The notes: generated by a model from the letters alone, not told the origin. A stretch of DNA of 63,810 nt, filler included, from Intoshia linei (GCA_001642005.1; 14 parts of 14 records of this genome joined end to end with filler, not necessarily neighbours in it); one strand, 5' to 3'. Numbered from the whole stretch's first letter, positions 1 to 15,034 are shown. A program made the numbers and translations.

Positions 1-1041
1 AAAATTTTATATGGTGAAAAATAGACAAGTATGTATTAACTTCCCAAATTTTTGAAAAAATCAAAGCCAAAAAATTGGAAAAATTTGTCTGGGAGTTATA
101 GGGTTAATTTATTGATTTATTTGAATTACATTTTTGTAAGTCAGGAAAAATTCACTTTGATTTCTAAAAGATGTACAAATCAATGATTACAAAAGATGTA
201 TAAAATATGTGTGTCATATAACACATAATGTAATTAATATTTAGTGAATTTACATGTCAATCAATATATTTTATGGCGAAATATTTCTTTTTTAATGTAT
301 AAAAATTACCCAATGGTACACATTTTTCAGTATTAAAAAGTAGATGTAAAATCAGAATTATAATCTTTACATTTGTATATTATTATGTACCCAACTAGTT
401 TGATCATTTCACCAAATCCAGGGTAATACAATATATTTTATCAAATTTTTTTAAAAAAAAAATGTAAACATAAGCATTAATTGAAATATTTATTGAATTA
501 ACAATTTTACAATTTGATGATTTTCTAATTAAATGTAAAATGCGAACAAAATGAAGCATGCGAGAGCAATATGAGTCACGAATGTGTATATTCTATTAAC
601 AATTCATATTAAAAGTTTAAAAGTTGCAAATAATGTGAAAAGACAATACCCATTATTGAAGTACACTTAAATATTAGCAGTTAAAAGTGAAAAAATACAA
701 TTGAAATTATGACTTAAATGTTTTATTAAGGTGTATATTTGCAAGATATATTGATATATTGGAAATCGATGCATTTAATTACCATATAGTGCTATTACAC
801 AATAATTAAAAATAGCATATAATATTAGGATAATAAATTTCCGATGGTGAAAATAATAAATTATTATTGTTGACACATTAAAAAAAAATTATTAAAATTA
901 TTTTGTCATAATATGCAGCTATTGATTAGATGAATTACATTAAAACATTTCCCGAAACGGTAGGATGGATAAAAATTATAAACAGAGTAAACATCAGCTA
1001 TTGACATTAAATTGATTTCTAAAATCGAGCTGAATTACCAG

Positions 1042-3849
1042 ATGAATTTTATCATGGTCCTCTTTTGGATGCAAACCCATGAATTGAAATTTGAACATTA
1101 TGACACAAACAAGTATATTATTGAAACACAACACGGTAAATTCTGCGGAAAAGTTGTCGAAAATAAATTGTTAGAAGAACCAGTTGTAGGATTTTTTGGA
1201 ATTCAATACGCTTCTTTGATTGATGGTGAATTAAATTTCATGCCGGGTACTTCAATATATACTCAATGGGATTCTATTAAAATGGCTACTTCTTTTGGCC
1301 CCGTTTGTATTCAAATTAATTCAACAAAATTGCGTTTTAATGATTCTATTCAAAGTTTAATTTTTCAAAATTATCACAAAATTACTAGGCCTTACCTTAA
1401 TTTGCAAAAATTTGATTGTTTATATTTAAATGTTTATATTCCTTATTCCAGTAAGATTTGGTTTTGTTTTTTTAATTTTTAGCTTTTAGTAATATTACTT
1501 TACCAGTATTACTCATTATCGACGGAACTAATTTTAATGTTGGTACCGGAAACTATATTAAGCCAGAAATATTTTCAGATAGAAATCAAGTTATTATTAT
1601 TACAGTCAATTATCGATTGGGGATATTCGGTTAGTACATTATGTAAAATGTGACCTTTATTTTTAGGGTTTCTTGAACTGAGGAAATCTAGTTCAAACAT
1701 TAATTTTGCTGCTTATAATATTTTGGGCAGTTTACATTGGATTCATAATAATATTGCCAGTTTTAATGGTGATGTGGACAATGTTATTTTGGTGGCTACC
1801 GCAAGAGCTGCTGTAATAGTCAACCAAATAGAAAAATTACAGAATGGTAACTTTCTGATTTTATTAACAGTTCCGAACCTACCGTGACTCTCATCTACGA
1901 AATTTTTGTCCAAATGCAAAATTTTTCTAATTTGACCATTAAAAATTGTATTTTGAATATCATAAATATTCTGTGTGTTAAATTTAAAATATCGGTACGA
2001 GCCTTGAGAAAGTGGAATTAGGCTATATGACACGACACATATTAGTATAATATTATCATATAATAGTTTGCAAAAATTTTTTTAGGGGTCTATTTTTCAA
2101 TTTCAGGGTTCGAACTGGGTAGGTTTGGCTCTTATTATCAACGCTAATTTGTTTGTTTTTTATAATTTAAAGTTTTAGCCAATTTAAAATTGGCTCCAAG
2201 GGTCCACAGAAAATTGTAAAAATTTATCAAACTATTTTTTTATAATTGGCCAAAAAATTGTTCCTCCGCATTTATTAACAAATTTCTATTTAAATCCAAT
2301 CTTTTTTACTAAAAATCAAAATTTAACAAACGTTAAGTCTTAAGGCTTAAGGTAACATTCCAATTTTACCTAATTGCAGAGTATTCCATAAAAACTCATA
2401 ATCAAAAAAAACAAAGTAAAGTTCTTAAATATAAGGAATATGGATAAACATGTTATAACCTCTTTAATACTTACTTAAACTGATGATGAAACAATGATGG
2501 GGTTTGTAAAAGTGGATTTTTAGTAACAATGGTTGGATTTAAAAATATTCTCTTTATTAAGTATTACTTACGAATTGAGATTATTTGTTTACAAGTTTTA
2601 ATTGATAATATTTTAATATCTTTGTTTGGGGTATTTTACGGGGAGAATTATCGTTACAATGTTTTTGGTGCACAACAAAAAATAATGGATTTGCAATACA
2701 ACAATTAAAAAACACATTTTTGATAATGACTACATAAATAGAATATTAAATATACATAAAACAATAGATTCCAAACTTTACAAAAAGATATGGCTAATAA
2801 ACCCAAGATATGATAATGAATTTTCAAAATATAATAAAGAAATTTCATTGTTAGTTAAAGAATATATTTCATCAAGGCTAAATACATCAAAATGCCTTGA
2901 AAATACATCAATCATGAATTGTCTAAAGAAAATTTCCCTTAAAGATTCATTGAAATTATCAAATAAAATCTCCTCTTATATATACCAAATAAAAAATAAA
3001 CAATTGAACAATATAAATACTTTCAACACCCAAAAATTAAATGTAATATCAAAACCAACAATCTACATATTCCTTGAAAATTATATGCAAACAACAAAAA
3101 TTGGCAATTTAGACAAATTTTCCAGAGAAATTCAAAATAATTTCAATAATATAAATTGGAAATTGTTAAAAATTTTAATTGCCTTTTTTTATAAATTGGA
3201 GAATTGGAGTAGCATGTATGCGGACTTTATATTTTACAAAACAATTGTAAATTTCCAACATGAACATCAAGAACCTGATAAATATAGGTATGTAGTTTTT
3301 ATGAAGCAACCGAACCAAAATAATTTAAATGATTTTTTAAATTTAAATTTCACATTATTTCCTATATTAAACAATATCAAAAATTTAAATTGTTCCTTTT
3401 CAACGTTTAATGGATTTGTTCATTTTTTGAAAAATTCAGGTACAATTTAAAGTATTAAAATTAAAAAAATTTTAGGTCAAATACAATGCAAATCAAAATT
3501 GAATATTATAACATTTTGGAAAAACTTTGTCCAAAATATTGACAAAACTTTAGTTACATCACGTCCAAATACATCGAATCCCTTTAGTCAAGATTCTGTA
3601 AATATTACATTTCCAAAAATTAAAAAAATACCCATATTTGAATCCCTTCAAGTGACAAGCACCCTGATAATAATTTTAGCCATCATAATTTTTTTTTTAT
3701 TACTGATTATTGTTTTATTTCTACTATACTACCGTTTTAAACTCATGAAATGCACCTTTAAACCCAAAATTCACGAAAACAAAAAAAGAAAGATAAATGA
3801 TACAAATAAAAAAAAAAATTTGAATTTAAATTTACATACAACTGTTTAA
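1042..3849 (+). CDS. Neuroligin-like non-catalytic carboxylesterase-family membrane protein (multi-exon)
   Basis: Exons 1042-1450, 1483-1629, 1667-1846 give FFGIQYA, DCLYLNVYIP, VIIITVNYRLGIFGFL, WIHNNIASFNGDVDNV. Last exon (about 3476-3849) has a TM helix and ends HTTV. Middle exons (1850-2800) are uncertain. Confidence 0.8.
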
Positions 3850-3860
3850 ATAAAATAGAA

Positions 3861-4795
3861 TCAATTCCATCTGCTCTTTTTTGCTGAAGATTCTTCTGGG
3901 TTTATAGGTGGTTTATACACGGGTATATTTTGTTGGTTTTCCAATTCTGAATTTGAAGCAGCGACAAAACTGCCTTCATAATTTTTCTATTAAAAAAATG
4001 ATAAACTAGGCTGGATTGATAATTTACCTTTAGAGCTGTTTTGATTTTTGTTTGTCTTGAATTTGAAACTTTTTTGCCAAGCGTTTTAACATGTGGCATT
4101 ACAGATTTATTTATTAACTAAAATTTTAAAATCAAGTTATATAATTAAAATAATAATTTCATACGGAAAGAGAAGGAATATTGGTAGAATTTGACCCTAA
4201 ACCGGGTCTCGCTTTAGAGGTGTTTTGAAAATTTGGATTAGATTGCATACGTTTATAAGTTTGTGACTAGAAATTATATAATTGAAATTGCATCTTTTAT
4301 AAATGAACCTGTTGAGCCATTGTTATCAATTCTGGTGGATAAATTTGACCCGAAGCATCCAAATTTTTTAATAAAAAGTACACATATTCCTTATCTTGAG
4401 GAGTAACTAAAGTATACGCTGTTCCTTTCGTTCCTAAAAAAAGACTATTTTTGTTATGCATATTTTACCTGCTCGGCCAGTGCGACCAATTCTATGAGTA
4501 TGTGCTTCAGAAGTCCTAGCAATGTCATAATTTACTACAGTTTTTACATTCGGTATGTCTAATCCTCTGGCTAAACATTTCAAATTATTTTCCACGTCTA
4601 GTTAAAATTTACATGCTACATCAGTGGCAACCAAAATTTTAATTTTCCCAGATTTGAAATCGTTTAGAGCCTCAAATCTTTCATGTTGATGCAAATCTCC
4701 GTGCAAGTAGGCTGTAGGCAACATATTTCTTTTTAAGGTTGTAGCAACAGTTTGAGAGTCAATCTTTGTTGAAACAAAAACTAACACATTTCCTT
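3861..4795 (-). CDS. DDX42: DEAD-box RNA helicase DDX42-like, C-terminal exons only
   Basis: Spliced [17 protein letters not shown]|[36 protein letters not shown]-terminus KKSRWN* (stop 3861-3863). N-terminal DEAD domain not seen. Confidence 0.85.
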
Positions 4796-7120
4796 CTAAA
4801 CAATTCCAATTTAAATTAACCCGTAATAAAACAATTGAAATTAAAATTGAAATAAATTTTAATAATTATAATTAATTTACAAAACATTTAAAGTTTTGTA
4901 CATGAAGTTGGCACATATGTGCTAAGCACACTGTTTTTAGGTTGCCAGAAAATATATTCTCATAATATTTTTTCTAGGATATTGTCAAATGTTATTTATT
5001 TTTATAATAAAAAATATAAATCGCACAAACATAACACTAAATGGATGTCTATTCATTAAGCAAAGTGTGGATATTGAACCTTGAAGAAATGAAACAATTG
5101 ATTTCAATAGCCAAATCATTTTATCGTTGCATCCTTTAAAAGTGTATACCATTTGAAAAATATCTTTATTGTACTAAATTAATAATAATTAATAATTTGC
5201 AAATACGAATATATTAAATCGAAAAGAAAGGGTGTAAAACGTATCTGTTTAACGTAACTTTTTAAAAATATTTTATTGTATAGATATGATAATATCGTAA
5301 ACAACAGGCAAATTACGGTCCTTTACTTTTCCTTACGGAAATTTTAATATCAGCAAGTTTTAATTAATAATTTTCAATTAAAATTAATTCTTAATTCACT
5401 CATATATATTAACATATATTTTGTCATTTATCTAAATCGGAATAAATAGAAATAATAGGATTAATGCAGTGCTTCTGATGGGGGTGACTGGTCACCCCAA
5501 GGGGTGAATACGAAAATTTAGATAATAGTAGGCGAATCTACAATTTTCAACATATTTCATTAAATCATCCAATTTAATATAATATTATGAGAAAAAACCA
5601 AATTTTACCAACCCTTAAAAAAAAAAATCGCTTTTACCAATATTATTATAAAAAATACCATTTTACCAAATTTTTAGATCAATAATTCTTCTGACTGATT
5701 CCATAACAAAAAACCTGTTTTAAAAAACATTTGAAGAATCTACTTTTACTAATATTTTTTTGAAAAATCATTAATTTTTCGGTAAATAATTAATTATAAT
5801 TGGACAACAAAAAAAAGTTCAATTAAAAACCGATTTGTTGATACATTAGAGTGGAAGACATAAAAAAATATGTAAATATTAATAATGACATATAAAAAGA
5901 TAGCAGTGACTGCCTTGATTTTGTGTGCCCTTCGCTAACATTTGAGAAACTGGGGCAAAGTCAAAAATGTAACTTTTTGATTAAAATATTTTAAATAGAC
6001 CTTGAATAAAATCTCATTTTAATTTTTCAATTTGAAGTAAAATGATATATTGCATTATGATCAGATGTATTGACCACGGCCGCACGTTGTGCACCCTGCA
6101 ATAGATAAATGATTCACATTGATTGATACATTCTACCAATTAGAAATTTTAAAAATAAAACTAATAAAATTATACTGTCTCATTAAATCGTTTTGAACAA
6201 TAAAAATTACATCTCCCATTTCACCATGTGATATTCTATGTGGATTTTTCATTATATCCCTAGTAATTTTTTCAACTTTTTTTTTAAATGTAGCACTAAA
6301 CAGCAAAGCTAAAAATAAGAGTAATTTTTTTTAATTAGTTTACATACTCTGCCTATCCGGCCTAACGTTGTTGCTTATTGATCGTACCTGTTTCTCTATA
6401 CATTAAATAAATATTTATATAAATTCCTATAAATAAACGTTGCATTATAATTAAGTCAACCAAAAAATTGCAAAAAAAATTAAAATAAATATTACAAAAA
6501 AAGTTCCAAGACTAAAATCAATCACGTAGCGTCAAAATATCAGAATGTTTATAAGAATGTTAAAAATTATTAAAGCTTAGTACATTAACAAGTGGACTAG
6601 GGCAGAGCCGAAGATTACATACCGAAACTTCCAAATATCAAATAGACACTAAAAATGTTTAGAAAACAATGCGTAATACCATATACCCACCAGTGACTTC
6701 TCCACAGAGACTCCTCTAGACTCGACAGTAAAGTGTCACATCAAATATTTTTTTTAAGAAATTCAAAAACATACCCAGTAGATTAGATGTAATTTGATAA
6801 AAAAATGACAATCCGATGACTAATTTTGAAAAATACTCATTAATGTTTACCGTTGATCAATTAAGTAATTAACAAAAAACAGCTAAATTTAAATTTATTT
6901 TCATGTTTTTCTTAATTTTTTTTTTACAAAAACTTAAATTCATGCTTCGTTTGTGTTGAAAATTTAATCATTTTTGTATATTTTAATAAATAATAATAAG
7001 CTGCGTCATGCACCATTGACGTTATTCTATAATATGGAAAAAAAATTTTCAAATTATGGCTATATTATTTTGTTTTGGTGTTTGTGGTGGGTTAAATGTA
7101 GAAATTTGTCTATCATTTCA

Positions 7121-7220
7121 NNNNNNNNNNNNNNNNNNNNNNNNNNNNNNNNNNNNNNNNNNNNTTAATTAATTAANNNNNNNNNNNNNNNNNNNNNNNN
7201 NNNNNNNNNNNNNNNNNNNN
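7121..7220. other. Artificial 100-nt gap linker, one of 13
   Basis: N-run + TTAATTAATTAA + N-run, also starting at 8600, 11703, 17724, 21377, 29345, 36211, 51534, 54972, 56503, 59065, 60356, 62615. Confidence 0.97.
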
Positions 7221-7580
7221 GTTGATTTTGTCTGGGGTATACTCGTTTATTAATCTAAGCACTGTCGCAGCGCAGTTTCCAAACATACTAGTTTCATCAA
7301 CATTATAGCTTCCTTGGTACGGTTCAAAATTGACTAAATAACCAGCTGTTGAATTTTGACACCATATTTTATAAACGAACCGAATGGGCTAATTTAATAT
7401 AGTCTGCTTACACCTATGTCTTCCAAAATATTCCACCATAGGTTCATCGTGAGAAATATTTTGAGACGTTACAAAAGGTTTCATAAAACGGGATTTCAGT
7501 AATAGTATTAGTGGTCTTAATTTGGTATGTTTATCCCCATAATTAAGACTTAAATTGTCTTTTAAGTGTACGGATCTCAT
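7221..7580 (-). mobile_element. piggyBac transposase fragment (PGBD2/3-like)
   Basis: KLRPLI..SHDEPMVEYFGRHRCKQ, disrupted by stops. Confidence 0.75.
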
Positions 7581-7715
7581 TATTTTGTTAACCTGTTAAC
7601 TGGTTTACAATTTTAAGTGTCATCTTTTCAGTGGATGCAAAAAATAATAAATATATTTTTATGGTTAGTTTATTTTACTAGGTTAAATAGATTATGCAAG
7701 AAAAATGATAATTTA

Positions 7716-8599
<884 letters not shown>

Positions 8600-8699
8600 N
8601 NNNNNNNNNNNNNNNNNNNNNNNNNNNNNNNNNNNNNNNNNNNTTAATTAATTAANNNNNNNNNNNNNNNNNNNNNNNNNNNNNNNNNNNNNNNNNNNN

Positions 8700-10675
8700 T
8701 TAAAATCGTGAGTAAACTTATCAAAAATTTGTTTCTTCATCCTAATAATGTACGCATTATTTCCTCGATACCCCAACATGCTTAATTTTTCCAATGTTTC
8801 AATTACATCACACGCCATGATACCAGTTGTATCCATAATATCTTTAATAGAAATGGATTCAATATTTTCATTCTCAATAAAATAAGACACAATAATTCTT
8901 TTCCAATAAGAATGATATGCAATTTCTCCCATAGTGCTAAATGGTTTTTCTGGGCCACTCGGTGATTTGTTCATTTTAGAAATTAAATAACTATACGAAA
9001 TTAAGAACTGTCCATAGCCTTTTCTTTGGTAAATGGGAAGAGTCAGAATACAAGACAAATTAAACATTTTATCGTTAAACTTTTCCTTTGAAAAATAGCC
9101 AACAAATTTATGTGCTCCATTTTTTAAAACACACAAAACATAAAACAAAAATGGTTGAACGTCATAATGAAGGGTTTTGTGTTCCAGAAATAATTTCGCC
9201 AAAAGACATAAATTTTGACAATATTCAACTTGCCTATCACCATCAACTTTAAAAAGAACCAAATCGTCATGTTTATAAACAATATTACCTGGAGGTTGAC
9301 TTACACAACATTTTGAAACATGACGAGAAATCAAAACATTTGATCCAAAATATTTAAGACACAAATCACAAATGAATAATTTTTTAACCATTGCACATTC
9401 TAATGAATACGAAGATTTAAAATGTATATCAATTTCATATTCTCCAAATTGTATAACCGATAATTTTGCAGGATTACGTCCAACTTCAACGCAATTATAA
9501 TCTTTTGAAACAGCCTTCTGGGACATTCGAAACAATTTAACGTCGTATAGTTCTGCCGGAGCCAAACCGGGACAAAGTCTTTTGGAAATTGGTGATATGT
9601 CTACAGTTGTTCCGATTTTTCGTTGAATACGTTTTTTTGGGGTAACTGGTTTTTTTTTAGTTTTTTTATAAGAATCGTTGAGAACTGTAGTAACCAAGCT
9701 AGCAATATATTCGTCATTTTTTTCGTTTTGGAAATCGGTCGTGTACCGTTTTCTCTTTTTAGATAACTTTTTGTCGTTAATATTGGAACTTACTAGAGAT
9801 TTTATTTTTAATTTTTTCGCCTTTTTTAATTTTTTGGGAAATGTTTCTGTTATTGGAGGTGTAGTATAAGATGATGAAGAAGAAAGTTTTCTTTTATTCT
9901 TTACAGGCGTAAAAAATGCTGATAAACAGTCAGTTAAACCTTTTGGAGTAATTGTGTTACTTTTATCATCACATTTGTAACATACGAAAATTGGTTGATT
10001 GTCAGAATCCGTACTTTTCGCTAAACGTTCACAGGATGTATGATACTTAGAATTACAGCTATTACATTCTTTAATACTTGAATATATTTTGATTTCGGTT
10101 TCTTTACATGACACTGAATCACAGACAAAACAATTAGTACATATCAACTCATCATTAATTTTGGTTAATAATTTACATTTACAAACGTTGCAAATAAATT
10201 TTCGATTATTTTTTTGGGCATTTCCTTGACATTGATTTTTTACAATAATTTCCATCAGAGGTATATTCTCGTCTTCAGATTCCATAATTTCACTGTTCAT
10301 ACTTTTATCTCCAACAGTCAAATCAATATTTGTATCATCGTAAACAAAATTGCTAAGTGAATATGTTACATGTTTATAGGAATTTAGTGACCGTAAACTA
10401 CCAATACTTCTCTTTCTATTAACGTGAGAAATTACGTATCCTTCTTTTTCAGCTCTGTCTAGCATGGCCTTATTTGGCATATCAGGTAATTGAGTATTAA
10501 TCAAATTCAAATTGGGTGTTTGATGTAATTCATCACATAGACTTTTAATCGTAGTGAGTAATCTGGGCAGTAATTTATAGAATGTTAGATTATTCAATTC
10601 TATCGTATTGGTATCATTTTCGATTTCCGGTTGTGTATCGGTAATTTTTACTGTAGTAACTTGATTTAAAACCAT
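8700..10675 (-). CDS. KAT6: MYST-family histone acetyltransferase, KAT6 (MOZ/MORF/enok)-like; 3' end runs into a gap
   Basis: Long ORF with MYST core (YCQNLCLLAKLFLEHKTLHYDV, GYFSKEK, QRKGYG, PEKP), C2HC finger, PHD-like finger and N-terminal winged-helix-like segment ending SLNSYK. Confidence 0.85.
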
Positions 10676-11535
10676 TCACTTGTAATTTATAAGATATCTA
10701 TTGGTATGTTTAGAATATTAAATCTACAATGTTTCAATAAAAGTATCCAAATCATCAATTAAAATACAATGTACAACTATAAAATTACTTGGAATTTAAT
10801 CTTTCAGAATGTTTCAGTTTCAATTGTCCGTATCAAAGGTATTCACATAAATAAAGTTATCTGGTATGGATGAGAAGGAGATTTAACATTGTTGTCGATA
10901 TTCATAATTAAGTGCAATGTTTAATTTGAACAATGCAGCGCAATATAAATTGTAAACAAAATATGAATGACTACTGAATTTGCACTGAGATATGTAGTAA
11001 TTATTTTAATGCGTATGCATTGTTTTGCAATGTTTCATTTTTTGACTAAATGTTTATAGACTTTTGTGATACAAGCTGTATGATACAACTCTAGAGATGA
11101 AATGCACTTGCATAGTCAAAATATTACGCTCACTTTTATATTGTATTTTAAGCACTGCATGTCATTACATTTATACAATTGTCATTTATCAATTATCAAT
11201 TGTATTGCATTTGTAATATTTCATTTTTTATAATTATCATTGAAGTTATAAATAAGTAGTAATTAGTAAGTACATTTGAATACATTCATGAATTGTAAAA
11301 TTTACTTTCAATTTTATTTTTTTTAATGAAAGTGAAGGAAATTCCATAACAATCAATTCAAACTACTTTTACCTCATTATTTTTACCAATATCTAAAAAT
11401 AAAACGCGCTCACCTACCATTACGTGTGAATAAATTATTCAATAATCCATTTCAATCTAATTTAATTCAGTGAAATGAGTCATTTCAAACTACCAGTTCC
11501 TGATTAACAACTATAATTTTATCTATTACAATTAA

Positions 11536-11702
11536 TCCTAACTTATATAAAAGGCTACCCGATTTTTGTTTGTGTGTCTGTCTGTCTGTGTGACTTTATT
11601 GAAATAACTACCACTCTTAGAATTTTTTAAAAACCACATTTCAATTAGTTTTTTTCGGGACGTATAATAAGATAAATTTCAACCTCCCAATTTCACATCT
11701 TA
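11536..11702 (+). mobile_element. Helitron-like non-autonomous element, 5' end
   Basis: A|TCCTAACTTATATAAAA followed by (TGTC)n microsatellite; same terminus inverted at 14290 and 27013. Confidence 0.6.
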
Positions 11703-11802
11703 NNNNNNNNNNNNNNNNNNNNNNNNNNNNNNNNNNNNNNNNNNNNTTAATTAATTAANNNNNNNNNNNNNNNNNNNNNNNNNNNNNNNNNNNNNNNNNN
11801 NN

Positions 11803-12060
11803 TTTCTTCCCTTTTTCCTATTAATAATATTTAAATTTATATAATTTTAAAATGTAATTGTATATGTCACTGTATGAACAATTGGCAGAATTATCTTCTA
11901 TTTTAACAATCATTTTTCGAATGCAGTCTTTTGATAGATTGGTGAGTTCTGATAGTTCGTTAGTATTTTTCGTTTTATATAGTCTTTTAATTGTTTCAAA
12001 TGTATTTTTATCTACCACTTTTCTAATTTTTCTAATATGTTCATGCATAATACCGATAAC
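11803..12060 (-). mobile_element. Possible Tc1/IS630-type transposase N-terminal HTH relic
   Basis: TNELSELTNLSKDCIRKMI HTH-like segment, then KKGRK-like remnant at the contig end. Confidence 0.35.
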
Positions 12061-12267
12061 ACAATTAACTTTATCAAATAAACTTAAACTTCCTTTTATG
12101 AATCATTGCAACATGAAAAATAAAATAATATCTGAAAAAGTATTGTTCAAAATAATGTACTTCAGTATTTTTTAAAAAAGTTTTATATTTATAAAAACAA
12201 AATTTATATTTATGAAAACAAAATTTATATTCATAACAAACTCTGTGAAAGAACTTATATATATCAT

Positions 12268-12652
12268 CACATTGAAAATAACAAAATAGGTTTTTATAAT
12301 TTTATTTTTTGTGGAATTTATGCTATGAAAATTTTTAGGATTCGACTGTTTTTACTTTATTTTTAATATTATAGATATATTCTGTCGAATAAATTAAAAA
12401 AATGGGATAACAATTGTTTTTAAAATTCTTTACGCAAATGTTAACGAACAAAAAATAAAGATGGAATAATTCATTTTAAAATAAAAAGTAATGTGATATG
12501 ATGGTTCCATTTAAAAAAAATTTGGGAACCAGTCCTTTAAAAAATTAATAATATTGAATAGTAGGATTTTTAAGTTAGATTTTCATTAAGTTAAATGTGC
12601 CCTCGACAGAGCTAGGTCCTGTTTGTACGTAGTACATAACAGTCAATATAGT
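12268..12652 (+). repeat. Dispersed Helitron-like repeat, 3' module
   Basis: CACATTGAAAATRACAAAATAGG.. also at 17824-18255, inverted at 35230-35660 and 51103-51533, partial at 60880-61150. Confidence 0.8.
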
Positions 12653-13589
12653 AAATTATAATTGTACAATTTACATTTTTGCTTCTAATGTTTTTATTGT
12701 TATAGTTATTTATTTAATTTAAACCTAAAATGCATCTGTGGAATATTTTGAAGGTCTATTATAAAAGTTGTGTATATTTAATTTAAATCATTATATTCAT
12801 TGCGATAGTTATATAACTATATGTATATACTTATATAAGTGACTGACCTGAAAATTATGATTATATTTGATTGAATTGATTTAACCGGTTTAAACTACAT
12901 TTTTGATGATATTAATGGAGAATATTTTTAAACTAAACCATTTTTACAGTGAAGGTTTTAACCTTTTAGGGTTGGTAAAACTAAATTTTTCCCTTAAGGG
13001 TTGGTAAAACTGATTTTTTCATTTAAGGGTTGGTAAATTTTAATTTTTAGTAAAAATGGTTGGATTTAAGTAAACACCCATATTAATGGATACAGTAAAA
13101 CTTCATTATGGTGATCATTGATCAAATTGTAACCCTATTTAACGCAGTTTTAATGATACCTAGATATTAATTTGGCTAAATAAAAGTATGGTGATTTTGT
13201 TGAAACATTTTATTGAGTTCAAAATTTTATAAAGCTTTTTAGAGTTGTTGGTATTTTTAGGTGAATTGCCCTTAAATTTTAACTGTGGTTGAAATTTAAG
13301 AAAAAAACTATACAAAACTATAAAAACTATTTGGAAAAGTGGTCGTTAGTATTTTGATGTTGATGAAGAATTTTCACTGATAAATTAAAGAGGGTCGAAA
13401 TTAAATGAAATGTTAACCTTTATCCCGTCAATGTTCCCAAAATGGAACATGTTTTTCAGGTATTGTTTGCACTGTAAATTAAACACATAAGTACATTATT
13501 AATTGTTTACTTTATTTATTATTACTTTATTGTACATATTTTATGAAATCAATAAAAAATCTATATTATTATTTATCATCCCTGCGAAA

Positions 13590-14290
13590 AATTAATATTT
13601 TATACTCTTGGTTGATGTTTAGAGAATCATGAATATTGAATGATATTTTTTTAATTGTAGTTAATTATTTTTAATTTTTTGTTATAATAAAATAGTTTCG
13701 ACATAAAAAAAATGAATACTAAAGTGATTTTTTGACTGTGAAGGCGCCACTTTGTTAGATTGAATTTTTTTGTGTGTTAACTGGATATAACTATCATCTG
13801 TACTTTTTTTTTAAAATTCTAGGAATCTGTTCAGTTTTAAAAAAAGTGTAATTTGGGATTTTGATCATCAAAATGCACTTTTTTGAGGTTTTCATGTATG
13901 ATAATGCTTATGATTTTAAAAACTATCCCAGAATTTATGTTTTATAAAATTTTAAGACTTTTATCACTTTTAAAATAAAAAGGGTAATTTGTTGTTTTGA
14001 CCATTAAAATATAAGTTTCATAGGCTGAGATTTACGACAATGTTAATGATTTTAAAGTCCCAAAACACATGTTTTTTGTAATTGTAGGATTGATTTTATT
14101 TTTAAACAAAATGGTAAATTGGGTATTTGACCCTGAAGGACTCAAATTCGGAAGATAAAACATGAAAATAAATATCCCCTTCGAAAAACTGTATTAGAAA
14201 TTGTCTTTTTTAAATTCTACGACTGTTAATTTTTAAATATATTGTAACACCCACACAAAAACAGACATTAAATTTTATATAAGTAAAGGA
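13590..14290 (-). repeat. Dispersed Helitron-like repeat, 5' module
   Basis: Similar segments at about 19070-19280, 22490-22750, 23760-24660, 30700-30830, 35940-36210 and 50330-50545; TC terminus at 14290. Confidence 0.7.
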
Positions 14291-14410
14291 TGAATATTAT
14301 TCATTTATTAATATTAATTGAATATATTTAGAATTTCGGGAAAATTCGAAAATTTGATTTACCTATCAAACGTTTTTTATGCGATAATGTAATTATTTTA
14401 TGATTTATAC

Positions 14411-14759
14411 CAGAGTGGTCCAAAGCGTGACCGCGAAATTGTTTACTAATATATTTTGAAAAACATTGATTTATTGAAATTTCATAATTATCATATTGGA
14501 TAGTATTAATTCAAATTTTTTAGACAACTACTAATTTTTATCAACTTATTACTGTTTGTACTTTACGATAATTATTATAACCTTTTGTAGTATTTTGATT
14601 TATTAAAACTATATACTCGTAGTCATTTTCTAATTAATCTGTGAGATTTTGACTTTTTGGACTTACTTGTCTTAGGACTATATTTTTTAATGTTGCGGTC
14701 CGCTAAATTTGTAAAATTTATTTTTTTCCCATCGCTCGATATGTATTTGGATCACCCTG
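14411..14759. mobile_element. hAT-type MITE with perfect 8-bp TSD
   Basis: TIRs CAGAGTGGTCCAAA / TTTGGATCACCCTG; TSD ATTTATAC at 14403-14410 and 14760-14767. Confidence 0.85.
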
Positions 14760-15034
14760 ATTTATACAATGTATTTTTATTACTGTAGTTGTCAACCAAT
14801 TTTGGTGTGTTTTTAATCAAATTTGTCATACTTGGATTGAATTTTGTATTTTTGACTACGAAATTTGTTTCAAACTTAAATAAAGTGGTTGATAATGAGA
14901 ATTATAATTATAATTATAATTATCGCAGATTATTAAAATTTGGAGCGGTTAGAAAAAAGTTGACAACGTCTGATCTAGATTCTAGAATCTAGATTGAATG
15001 ATTTTGTATTATTTATGTTTATCAATTTATCTAG

